Source: Nageia nagi
Lineage: Eukaryota; Plantae; Pinophyta
Assembly: GCA_050084985.1 (NCBI GenBank)
Contig: JBITNC010000001.1
Coordinates: forward strand, 133,300,001 to 133,364,000
Length of the DNA: 64,000 nt
Reading direction: 5' to 3'
Shown: one piece after another, positions 12,759-24,600 of the stretch
Numbering within the stretch: the first letter of the stretch is position 1
Layout: each line of letters opens with the position of its first letter
The notes under the pieces: model-generated
Told to the model about the DNA's origin: nothing
Database searches by the model: none
Seen by the model: only the letters and a program-made list of their open reading frames with translations
Program-made: the position numbers and the translations under genes

Positions 12759-13370
12759 TGTTGTATCTTACACAACTTGCCCCAAAATTTCGCAATTTTG
12801 GGGACCCTCTACAACTTACATGCGTTTGGCACCTAGTCAATGCAACTTCTCCACGTTCCCAGATGAACTCAATATCATGCCTATTAGCCCATCACCCAAA
12901 TGTGCCCAAACAGCCCAATCCTAGTCATGTCGTGTTCAAGAGTTAAAACCCTCAAAAAATGGCTAAGTCTGGGAATTTAAGTCGAGTTTAGGTGAAACTG
13001 GAAAATTGGTATCGAGTCGGAGCCAAGCAACATGAATCCAGGTCACTCTTAGTCCTGGCGCATGCTCTAGGAAGACAAAATCTTGTCTTTCTACGACATG
13101 CGCTTAAGCCAGGAGGTCACCCGATTTAAATTCCAAGTGCGGAAAGTGGAACTAGGTCACTTCTGGACCCAACGCATGCCATGAAAAGTCAAAATCTTAT
13201 CTTTTTGGGGCATGTGCCAGGCTCAAGGAGGCATCCAGGATGGAATGAAGGCCTGGAAACAATGACTTAGTGCATTTCAAGGCTGGCACATGCCTCAAAA
13301 AGACAAAATCTTGTCTTTTGGGAGCATGCGACCAAGTCTGGAGACTACCAGGAGGGACTTGAGACCCAGA
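12759..13370 (+). mobile_element. Truncated 5' end of a third giant-LTR copy with three dyad repeats
   Basis: Starts TGTTGTATCTTACACAACTTGCCCCAAAAT, like position 1298. Repeats at 13058, 13172 and 13286 (114-bp spacing). Right boundary is approximate. Confidence 0.85.
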
Positions 13371-13418
13371 ACAATAAATTTGGCAGATAGAAGTATTTTA
13401 TTATTAGTTGCACATATA

Positions 13419-14690
13419 TGTAGTGTTCCAAATGAACACTTGTGCCAAACACAACCAATGAAACTAACAAAGGTTTCCAAACCCTAGAATCACACCTCCT
13501 AAGCTCCAACGTTGAATCTCTCAGGCAACCAACAACTCCCAACACCCACGTAGGGCTTCCCAAGCATACAAATACACTACCAACCTAACGTTGAGCTTCT
13601 AGGGTATCAAATACCTCCACAGACCTGACGTCAACCCTTCTACACTATCATTCACACTCTACAACTCACGAAGGCATACAATGATGAATTATTAAATGGA
13701 TATCATCACAATGACCATACACTAGAAAACCAACATAGACAAATGGTCCAAACCCTAACACATGCACATGAACATCAATCACACAACAAGAACGAGATCC
13801 CAAGCTCTCGGATATGTATTAACAATATGGAATGCAATACAATCTCATACAATGGCCAATAAGCAACCATAGGCTTCCCAAGCCAATTCGAATATACACC
13901 AATTGGAGTAAATCAATGGAATAGATCCGCTCCCTCAATCTTCGTCTTCTCCCCACCGAAGGGGTTCTCCACGAACACAAGATATCCAACTGAATGGAAG
14001 GAACAAACCCTCAGATTCCATCGGATGGGTTAGATGCTTCACCTAACCGTAGATGAATGGGATTCCTCAACCCAATCACCCTCTAGATGCTCCGTTTAGA
14101 AAAGTATACTTTCAGTACCGCCAAGCTCAGATAGTCACATAGACAAGAAGTAGTACTATCAATCATTCAGCTAACATCCAAATGAGCTCCACTTGAGTAT
14201 TTATAAGCTACAATCAATAATTCACCTCGAAGTCATCCATAAGCCTTCTAATCCAAAGATAGGCATCTGGAGGGGCCCAGTGACTTAACACACCATTATG
14301 ATGTCCCGAATTGCCAATGCAGCAACATAAGGCCCAGTAATGCCAACATGGGGTCCCAATCAACCTGAAGTGCCAACATGGGTATCCTGAAAGCCCAGTA
14401 AGCCAACGTTGAGGTGTGGGGCCCTCCTTCGAGGTGGCACAAGCATGATGACAATCCTAGAACACTAGGACTCGTTGGGATTCCCACAACTCGAGATCTC
14501 CAATCCTACAACACACTAACATGACTACTTAAGATAGAGATTTCCCGCTAGGGCTCACAAGTGGGGTCCACATGACCTAGTATGTCTCGTCTTAAGCTAC
14601 AAGCATGAACATGACCAAATACAAGGGATATCTCTAAGATATCTGCTTGACAACTACAAATTGGCACTATAGTACAAAAGGGATATCACA
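13419..14690 (-). mobile_element. Solo LTR (~1.27 kb)
   Basis: TG...CA ends, near-TSD ATATA/ATGTA, and motifs shared with the LTRs at 9794-10996 and 49946-51141. Confidence 0.75.
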
Positions 14691-14894
14691 ATGTATCTAG
14701 ACATTAATATAACCAAGCGAAGGGAATATGTCGATCTTTAGAACCAATTATGAACCCCAATGTGGGACATCTCCCTCCTTAGATAAATAGGAGTTATTTA
14801 GTGTTGTTACATTTGATTGTTAAGATCCCACGCTTGATTGTGCACATCCCAAGGTCACATTTAGAGGTTAAATCTTGGCACCAAGCATGGAATG

Positions 14895-17800
14895 TGAAAT
14901 GTACCTTTCTAGGCTTTATCCAATTTCTCACTTAATTCCACATTCATTCACAAATTAGGGCATCAAAGTAATTGCTCATTAATCATCCCAAATATGTGCT
15001 AAAAACTCTAATATAATAGCAGTAGCCAAATCTGATATAAAGCTACATGCGAATATGACCAAACTAAGGCACAATTTCATATCTGTAACATAACAAAAAT
15101 ATAGCTCCAAAATACTCTAATTCACATACATTCCCATGCACAATGAAGATAGTAGCATAGCATAAATATATAGGAACATTCATTCACATTCGAGACACAA
15201 TATAAAAGCCAATATCATCAATAATCAACCAAGAATAAGTATAGGGTTGTAACAAGCCTGTAACAAGTTCTAGGGCAAAGCCCAAGACTCAAAGATGCTC
15301 AATCTAGACTCCTCAAGGCTGTCGCAAATTCCAAGAAGGTTCCAAAGCTTGGTGCAAGTCCCAAGATGGCTCCTAATGGCTAGCGCAAGCTCGCAATTAC
15401 CAAAGATAGTTGGCGCAAGCTTTCTATGTGATGTAGAAGCGTAGAAGAGCCACTTCTAGGCTAGGGAGCAGCCCTAAGCCCTAGAAGGTATAGAAGGGGA
15501 GCATCCCTAAACTCCGAATGATCCAAGATCGAATGCACAAGATGATTTCTTCAAGTGGCCACAATCCATGCTTATATAGGTCTCCAAACTTGCAAATAGA
15601 GTCTCCCAAGGGCAACCGACTAGGAGGGAGCAATAATAAAAATTTAAAATAGCTCTGAAGTCTCCCCAGGATGACCAAAGTGGCCCTTTAATTTTAGCCA
15701 ATACAAATATATATTGCTCTTACTTGAGCATTTGCCTTATGGGGCACAAATATGAATATCCAAATACATTAATTAATAAATCAAAGACTCCTAATCTAAG
15801 TACTGAAAGTCAAAGTGAATAAGCATGGAGGTTGACTTCTAGATGTCCCAAATCGGGACATTTCAAGTCCTCCCTCCTCAAATTGCTTGCCCTCAAGCAA
15901 ATCCAATCACACCCCAAAGCGATGCTTGTCTTCTTGCTTTATCTTCAAATATGCCACACTGTCCAAGTGTTCCAAGTGGTGCTTGAGTCCATGGTTGTCC
16001 TCCAAATGTGGACAAACAATTCAAATACTCTTCAAAGTAGTCACTTGATGATATGAAGAAAATGCAATGATGGAGACGGCTATCCCAAGGGGAGAGGCAA
16101 GAAATGTTATTGATGATACATGCTTTTTCAACCTCCAACCTTGTGCCTTGCTTCCAAATGGGTCCCAATATTTTGTTGTTCCAAAACTGAGAGAAACTGT
16201 GACTAGTAAGGAGCTGGCCTGAGTGCTTTGGCTGATGAACAGGACTATTTCAACGACTGTAGCATTGGAAAAATGTCTTATAAATGCTTCCTCCTTATTA
16301 GGACTTGATGTTATGTCCTTGGTGCAAACTGTACTGTGTTCGAAAAGGGTGTTCCCCACCAAAACTAGGCATAAATCAGTCAATAGGGGATTGATTTTTG
16401 AGTCCACAAATCCTATCTTCTTCAACCCAATCTCTACAAAACACTCCCAAACTGGACTGTACTTTGAGTGTGCATAACCCATAGAGAAGCGATGTAAATT
16501 TGGTGCCAATAAACGTTAGAGAAAATACTTGACAATGCATACATTGATTGGCAACAATGAGATTCATAGGCTGAAGTGGCAAGGTTCCTTTGGTCACTTT
16601 GCAAACCCTTTCAATCATACTTGACTGTCCCAAACCTGAGTGTGTGTCAATCAGCAAGGTGTCTCTTGCAGCCATATAAAAAATTTTGTTGAGAGGGGCT
16701 AAATAATTGAATTTGACTCCCAACTTGTGCTCTTCGTCTTCTATAAGATAATTACAAAGATCAGAGATGGTGTCTTGGCTATTCCTTGTTATTGGTGGTA
16801 GCCTTTGTCCCTTTTTAAACTTGTAATGATTGCTGCAAACCCTGTAAGTGTTGTGGTTCCTTTTTGTTGCATGGGATAACCTTGTGGCAATATTCTTTAT
16901 TTGTTTGCATCTATAAGGAATATTAACATGTTTGGCAATTTTACAGAAAGGACAGTATGGTCCCCTTGTACCCTCTCTAAGAATGATAGGTGCAATCCTG
17001 CAACACTGATGACATACATACATACTGGAAAATTTGTTCAACTAAAATATGGCAGTCGTCCCATGGGATAGCATACAATCTCATTCCATCTCCCCAAACT
17101 TTATATCTTCATGCCATTTTCTGTCAACAACTGGCTGTTGAGTAAGAGGATGTATAGGGCCTTGGTTCCGATATTTTAACTTGTCTTCTTTGCAAGAGTT
17201 CACTGAATGCACCGATTGATGTTCAACATCTTCCCCTTTTCTTGGTAAATGACTCCCTAGGAAGTCTACACTCTTGGCATATCTTCCCAGGTTGCTACCC
17301 CTAACTGAAACTCGTTCATATGCCTTTAATGAGGGCCTCTATTGCTGTTGTTCAAGAATTGAATGTGATGACAAGGTCTGATTTATCTTGCTACATATGT
17401 CATATATCTTGCCAAGTACAATATGAAATGCATTTCTACCAATGATCCCAATTATACCAAACAATGCAAGTATGTTAACCCTCAACTTCATTCCTCCTTT
17501 TATCAATCCATGAATTTTCATCATCGTGTACCAAAGAGGGTAAACGAAATTTAATATACTGCTGTTACAAGTACTGTCATACCTTTTTGAAATTGCTTTA
17601 GAGTGCTGTCCAAAATCTGTAATTTGATTTGCTTCTATGATTGTGCCTACATCTCCAAATTCGTCCCTTATATCCCTTGTATGAAACGAGCCTTTAATGC
17701 CCTTCTTTACTTGCTTGTATCCAAACTTTAAGGGAGTCAAAAGGGGTGAGATTATACTCAGTATACTGCTGTCAAAATTAGGAAACTCATCATTCCTTGT

Positions 17801-20800
17801 GCGGGGAGTGTGTTGGCTAATTATTGCTATCAAAGGGTGCTTTTGATCTCTGTCCCATGGGGGGTAACTGCTGTGAGTGTTGGAGATACTGCTGTTCCCT
17901 TTTTGGGTGACGTCTTGGCTAATGTAATCTTCATGAAAGCTTTCCCATCTATTTATTGCAAGTAATGTGTATATAAGATGGATGCCCTTCAATGTCACCC
18001 TTCGCCCTTGTGTATCCAAGCATACAACAGGTCTGATATGACCCCCAAACCTTTCCAAACCTTCAACGAACAATCCCTCATCATTTCCAACTGAAGTGTT
18101 GTGCAAAGAAGTGATATAACTGATGGAATGTGGACTAGATGGTTGGTTCAATAGAATCGATATTGGGTCTCATTTAGTGCATAATAAGTGGGAACTCCCA
18201 AACTCTACATCCTCATTCACATAGTCATTTTCCAATACAGTCTCATTAAGTGCTCCAACTATCCACAAACATGCAGCCCATATGAAAAGTGAAAGAATGA
18301 ATAAGTATTGTGCTACAGTTCCATACTTGTCATTCCTTGTCCACCTCATCAAACACATTGTTGCCACTAGTCCTTGATATTTAGCTCTGAGATTGTAAAA
18401 ATCGGATGAATTTCATACCTTGTGGGAGAGTTGTCTTGGCTGATCCATGATCCCAATTAATATAAATATGACTTCAGATAGGAAATGTTCCCATTTGAAA
18501 ACCTTAAGACTGAATATGTGATCTCAACTCTGTCCCTGGCTGAATCTAAGCTAGGCTGAACTGAAACCATGGAATATTGTGATGCATTCTTCATGACATC
18601 TCCAAATTTAAATAAGACTCAATTCTATATCAGCAGTGATCATCAATTGTCCTTTACAATTAAAATTACTAGAATTTCGGTCATACCCCTTTGAAGTGTC
18701 TTCCATGTCGTTCCAACCCCCAAGAGAGTCTTCTTGGTGCCTGAGTGAAATCCACGTGCTTCAAATCCGCGTCACAAATCATGCTTTCCCTATGTATCAA
18801 AAACCTCGGATTCCATAGAATTATAGGCTAATGATACTTAATTGAAATGGTGTGCTCATGCTTATGTGACCATGCATTACCTTTATCTTCTTCAACATTA
18901 GGTGCTTGCCTACCTTCAAGATCAATTTTAGTTGTCCTTATGATATCTTCTCGACATGATTCTTCCTTGGCAAGACAACTTCCCCTTGTCTTGTCATAGT
19001 TCCCATACAAGGCTTGAGAACCAAGTTGTCTTTTGCGGAAAGATGTCATCATCTTCTTTCTTCGAAGGTGTATTGACGATCTTAACCATGTCATCAATCC
19101 CATTAGTGAATCTAATAGTTATAGAAATCTGATTGGATTTGTTTATTTGAACCATTGTTTTGTTCTTCTCCTCATGCCCAATATCAATACTAGTAGTTGT
19201 ATGCATTTCTATGCAATCATTGAGGAATTTCATCAAATATACCTCATGAGATCGGGTGTTTTCTTCATGTGATCCCTGCTCTTATTTTCTAATTTTCTCA
19301 TTCCTCTTCTCAAATTCCTCATGGATCTTTTGGCTAAAGTATTCAAAAGTGGTGATATGTTCATGGCCCAAAGTGGTGAGGCCATTGTACCACCATTCAT
19401 GTGCAATGTCCTCAAGGTGGAGGGAAGCATACTGAATTGCATCTTTCTCATCCATGGGATGGAGAAAGAAGTAAGTTCTCAACCTTTATAGCCATGCTCC
19501 AATGGAGATGTTGCTTCCGTTGAACATAGGCACTTGCAATTGCTTGTAATACTTACTTCCTTTGTCAATCTTCTTCCCCATAAACTTCAAATAACTCTCA
19601 AATGAAATCGCTTGTCTAAATTCATTGTTCTTGGCTTGGTATTGTGTGAAGTCAGAGTTCAAACCCTCGCTTGGACTTGCATTGCTTTCTTCATCTTGCA
19701 TAGCTAATGGGCAAGCGTCAACCTTCTTTATGGCTCTATTCCTTTGTCCATGTGTGGTTGACCCTGAAACTTCTTGATGGGACTAAGAGAGCCCATTTAC
19801 TTTGTTAACCAACTGTGTGAGCACATTGATCATAGACTTCAATTCTTCTTGTAGAATAGCCATCTAAACCCTAGGTAGCATTCCCCTCATAGGTTGGTAG
19901 CACTTTGAGGTCTAATACCATTGTAATGTACCTTTCTAGGGTTTATCCAATTTCTCACTTAATTTTGTATTCATTCACAAATTAGGGCATCAAAGTAATT
20001 GCTCATTAACCATCCAAATATGTGTTCAAAACTGAAATATAACAACGGTAGGGAAATCTGATATAAAGCTCATGTAACATGTGAATATGACCAAACTAAG
20101 GCACATTTCAGATCTGTAACATAACAGAAATATAGCTCCAAAATACTCTAATCTGCATACATTCCCATGCACAACGAAGATTCGATACGCAATATAAGAG
20201 CCAATATCATCAATAATCAACCAAGAATAAGTGTAGAGCTGTAACAAGCCTATAACAAGTTCTAAGGCAAAGCCCAAGCCTCAAAGATGGTCAAACTCGA
20301 CTCCTCGAGGCTGGCACAAATCCCCAAAAGGCTCCAATGCTTGGCACAAGTCCCAAGATGGCTCCTAAGGGCTGGAGCAAGCTTTCCAAGTGATGTAGAA
20401 GTGTAGAAGAGCCACTTCTAGGCTAAGGAGCAGCCCTTAGCCTTAGAAGCTAGAGAAGGGAAGCATCCCTAAACTCCAAATGATCCAAGATTGAATGCAC
20501 AACATGATTTCTTCAAGTGGCCACAATCCATGCGTATATAGATCTCCAAACTTACAAATAGAGTCTCCCAAGGGCAGCCAACTAGGAGGGAGCAATAAGA
20601 AAATAGCTCCTAAGTCTCCCCAAGATGGCCAACTAGGTGTGGGAGCAAAATCACTTAAAGTGGCCCTTTAATTTTAGCCAATACAAATATATATTGCTCT
20701 TACTTGAGTGCTTGCCTTATGGGGCACAAATATGAATATCCAAATATATTAATTAATAAATAAAAGACTCCTAATCTAAGTACTAAAAGTCAAAGTGAAT

Positions 20801-20846
20801 AAGCATGGAGGTTGACTTCTAGATGTCCCAAATTGGGGACATTTCA
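14895..20846 (-). mobile_element. Non-autonomous LTR retrotransposon with both LTRs (14895-15865, 19922-20846), decayed gag, no recognisable RT/RH/INT
   Basis: Long direct repeats, PBS-like TGGTATTAGACC (19909-19920), PPT TGAGGAGGGAGGACT (15866-15880), gag motif YASLHLEDIAHEWW (19282..19482). TSD not convincing (GAATG/GTAGG). Confidence 0.87.
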
Positions 20847-21547
20847 GTAGGAGTGAACTATCCGTCCATCTCATATCTATAGCAAATGCTCATGATAGAA
20901 GGACAACTTGGGGAAGAGAGGGGTGGGAAGGGAGATCATGTGTACCTAATGTACTGTTGACTAATGTCCTCATGGATCTTGCTCAATATCTTCTCCTTCG
21001 AAGGCAGAAGTTGCAAGGACGCTCCCAAAGAGAATTTGTAAGGAGGAAACCTACCAATCGGTGTTTGAATGCTGACCAATAGCATCCATAACAGTGCATA
21101 CAAACAAGTATGTGACTAAAATAAAAACGTAGTATTCAATGCAAACAAGTTCCTATATTCCTTTTGAACAAATTATATAAAGTTTTCAAGGATTAGCAAT
21201 TATTGACATCAATAGGTTTTTCGAATTATACTTATAGTGGGTGTGCATGCTTGGTAAAACAGGTTTGTCATTGTCTTAATTTGTGTAGACCATGCATAAT
21301 TCTAAAAACAATGAGGCTCGGGTTTGGAACATGTTACAGCTACACCCATAATAGTGGGCCCAGAGTAATATCCATTTAACGATATTATTAAAGCTTTAAG
21401 AATCTCAGAATTGGTCAACTATGCAAAGAAAATTACTTTTCTATAACTCACTGTTAAAGCCTTCGGTTGATTATATGACCATTTCAAAGATTGTTTGCAA
21501 AGGAAAAAATAACACTCAAGAAATGGGAAAGATTTTCAAATACATAC

Positions 21548-21679
21548 TTGCAGTTGAGTGACCTTTTTCAACAGCTTCAGCAGCATCCTCCTCTAGAAGA
21601 GTGCATTCATGAACAAGGGTATCTGCTCCAAAAGCTGCTGATTGCAATGAACGTGAATTGTATGTATCCCCTAGGATAG
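21548..21679 (-). CDS. tRNase Z exon (132 nt) with motif IV, HEAT-type and HST motifs
   Basis: ctgtctgtag|CT ATC CTA GGG GAT ACA...ACT GCA A|gtatgt. Encodes (A)ILGDT...VHECT...GHSTA. Confidence 0.93.
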
Positions 21680-24600
21680 CTACAGACAGAAATTAATACT
21701 TAGGAATCAAAGAGTTAACAAAATTGAAAAGATGAGAAAAAATCCAAAGTGGTCAGTATCAACATTCAACATGACAGCGTAAAAGTTGTTTTTCATGGAA
21801 AACATGGCCATTCCAACAGACAAAGTTGAGGACAACATCCTGAAAGTGACATTCTCATGAAATCAACTCTGTGCAAGGAAAGGAATTTGATCTATTTACC
21901 TTTACAGAGATAAAATGTCTTTTAATGACTGCACAAAAACAACTATTGTAGGAGGAATTGACCTTAGTTTTCTAGAGCAATCATTCAAAAAACAGGAAAG
22001 CTGACAAACACTTGTCAAATTCAAAAACGCAACTGTAGTGCTTCAAATTAGCTTTCTATCTTCAGGTTCTCCATTCACTGGACATTTTCAATTCTTTCCT
22101 TGCCACCAACATAAGCACATCTTCTGTGCAATCCATTTAGGGAGGAGAGCATAGAGCAGTATCCCTATTCGTTGCTCATTTTCTTGATTGTAAGAGAGGT
22201 TTCACTTTCTCATTGATTAATATATAAGGTTCAGTATAATCAACCTCAGATCAATAAGGAAGATTGTGTAAAGCAATTGTCACCAAGCAGTATGATAGTA
22301 CAAACTATTGCAAACACTCTTTGCTGTCATTATCACTCCAATGTACATCATATAGTTAAAATATTATTAGCTGGAGTATCCTTGGCTGGCTTGTGTGTTA
22401 GTTTACACTAATCTTATTTTCATTGCAGCAAAAGCTTACAATAAAATCAATGAGACATGGAGTAAGCTATAGTCATTCTTACACAGCCTATCAAGAGCAC
22501 CTAGATTTAACAACTAAGGCATGTACTTGCCTTATCCAAAATTGCGATTTTGACTTGCTAACAACTAGACTAGTTTGAACTTTGATCTTTCAAATTTTAT
22601 GCATGAACCTGTAATAGCTTTGTGAGTAATAGCTTTTGAAAGTTCATCTGTTTGTCGAACCTTCTCTCAAAATGTAAGCCTCAGTGATTCTACTAGGAGA
22701 CAACATATTTCATTACCTGAAGAATTGAGGGAATTGCAACCAGTAAGAAGGGACACTATTTTCATGAGGAAGAAGCACACAACATTGAACTATAAGCCAA
22801 TATGAAGCTCAAGAGATGCCCACTAGAGTTGTTGCAATAATATTGCTCACAAAACATATATAGGCATTTAAAGAAAGAATCCTTACTAAGAACACTACCA
22901 GAATGTATTCTAGAAAACTGAACATGCACCAAGGAGAAAATGAGGATTACAGTTCATGCTGAAGAATACAAGACAATATATTTGTGAATAAAGAAGATAT
23001 TAAAGCTCTTATTTCTAAAACTAAGCTGGTCAATTATTTGGTACTGCACAACAGACTTCAAACCTCTCGAAGAAATGCATTTGGTACCTTATGTTGCAGA
23101 GAATATTTGCTTTTGCATACAAGTTCTAGTATCACACTGCACAAAAAGCAATGGGAACGGGACAGAAAAGATTATTTCTTTCAGATTTTATGATGGATGA
23201 AACAAGAAATAATTATACCGGAAAGTCACATCACTCATTCTTGGCAAAAACTCAGTATGCACAAAAGTAGAGAGTATTACTCAGAAATAACCCTAAAATG
23301 ATTGGTCTTGGTGGTCTGATTGGTCCTGGCCCAAGAATGTCAATTTTTTGAAGTATAGGCCTCATCTTGGATATACTTGGCTTTCTCCCAATGTTCCCAT
23401 GGTTGATACTCTGAACTTGCGGTGGGATTTGGTGTCTTCTCACTCACGGTGGTCTCTCAAGTTCAATGTAGTCTGGTCTAAGTATTTAGAACCTAAGTAG
23501 AGTCTTTTTGCCTGGAGTTTGCTCCACCAAGGACCTCCTATTTGGGTGTGGTTAACCCGACTTGTGCTTTTCGTTTAGAACCGGCAGATTTTGTTCATGT
23601 TTTTTGGTCTTTTCCTAAAGCTCATGAAGCCTGGGATTGGGTTCTCCCTTTTTTCAATCCTTTCATTAATTCTCCTGTTATTTGGGTTCATGCTATCCTA
23701 GGAGATCCTATTGTGTTTTCAGAACCTCTCGGTGAAGTTTGGCATATTTTTCGGATTAGTATTCTCTATCATTTATGGAAAATCAGAAACAATATTATCT
23801 TTGGGAGACAAGAGGCTTCAACCTATTTCTCTCTTTTTGATAAGTACTCTGTATTTTTTGACTCTTGGTTGCAAATTATGGTTCAAGTTGAAAAAGTGAA
23901 CATGGAAGTGCCACATTTACGGAATCTGCTTAATTCTCCTGTTATTTGGGTTCATGCTATCCTAGGACATCCTGTTTTGTTTTCAAAACCTCTCGGTGAA
24001 GTTTGGCATATTTTTTGGAATAGTATTCTCTATCATCTATGGAAAATCATAAAAAATATTATCTTTGGGAGACAAGAGGCTTCAACCTCTTTCTCTCTTG
24101 CTGATAAGTACTTTGTATTTTTTGACTCTTGGTTGCAAATTATGGTTCAAGTTGAAAAAGTAAACATGGAAGTGCCACATTTAAGGAATCTTCTTGACCA
24201 CTGGGGGAATGCTCCCTGTACTCTCAATCGTGTTCCGCCAGAGGTTGCTCCACCGCCGAAGCAGTCTCGAAGTTGAAGGGGTTGTGACCATCGCCGCTCC
24301 TGTAGCTGCAATCCTAGCCATCACCTGTATAATGCCCATAGCTCGTCTCCTTTGCTATAGAGTCATTGGTCTCAACCCCTGCAAAATCCTCGTCATATGC
24401 CAGAAGCAGTTCTGGTTGACAGGATGTCCGACCTCCATATAAACAGCAAATGGAATGTTCGGCCCTCACAAGCTTCAAGGGAATGAGAAACGCTCTTCAA
24501 GTGAATGAGAAGTGTGCCCACGTTAAAGGAGGGGAAGCCAATGATGGAGTCTTCAATAATGATGGCTAGAATGTCACATCTGATGATAATGGGGGGTGAA

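Noticed and set aside
20847-21547. Next tRNase Z exon (motif V, THFS-like)
   Set aside because: No phase-1 acceptor with a matching peptide was found. 20847-21100 looks like an old LTR remnant.
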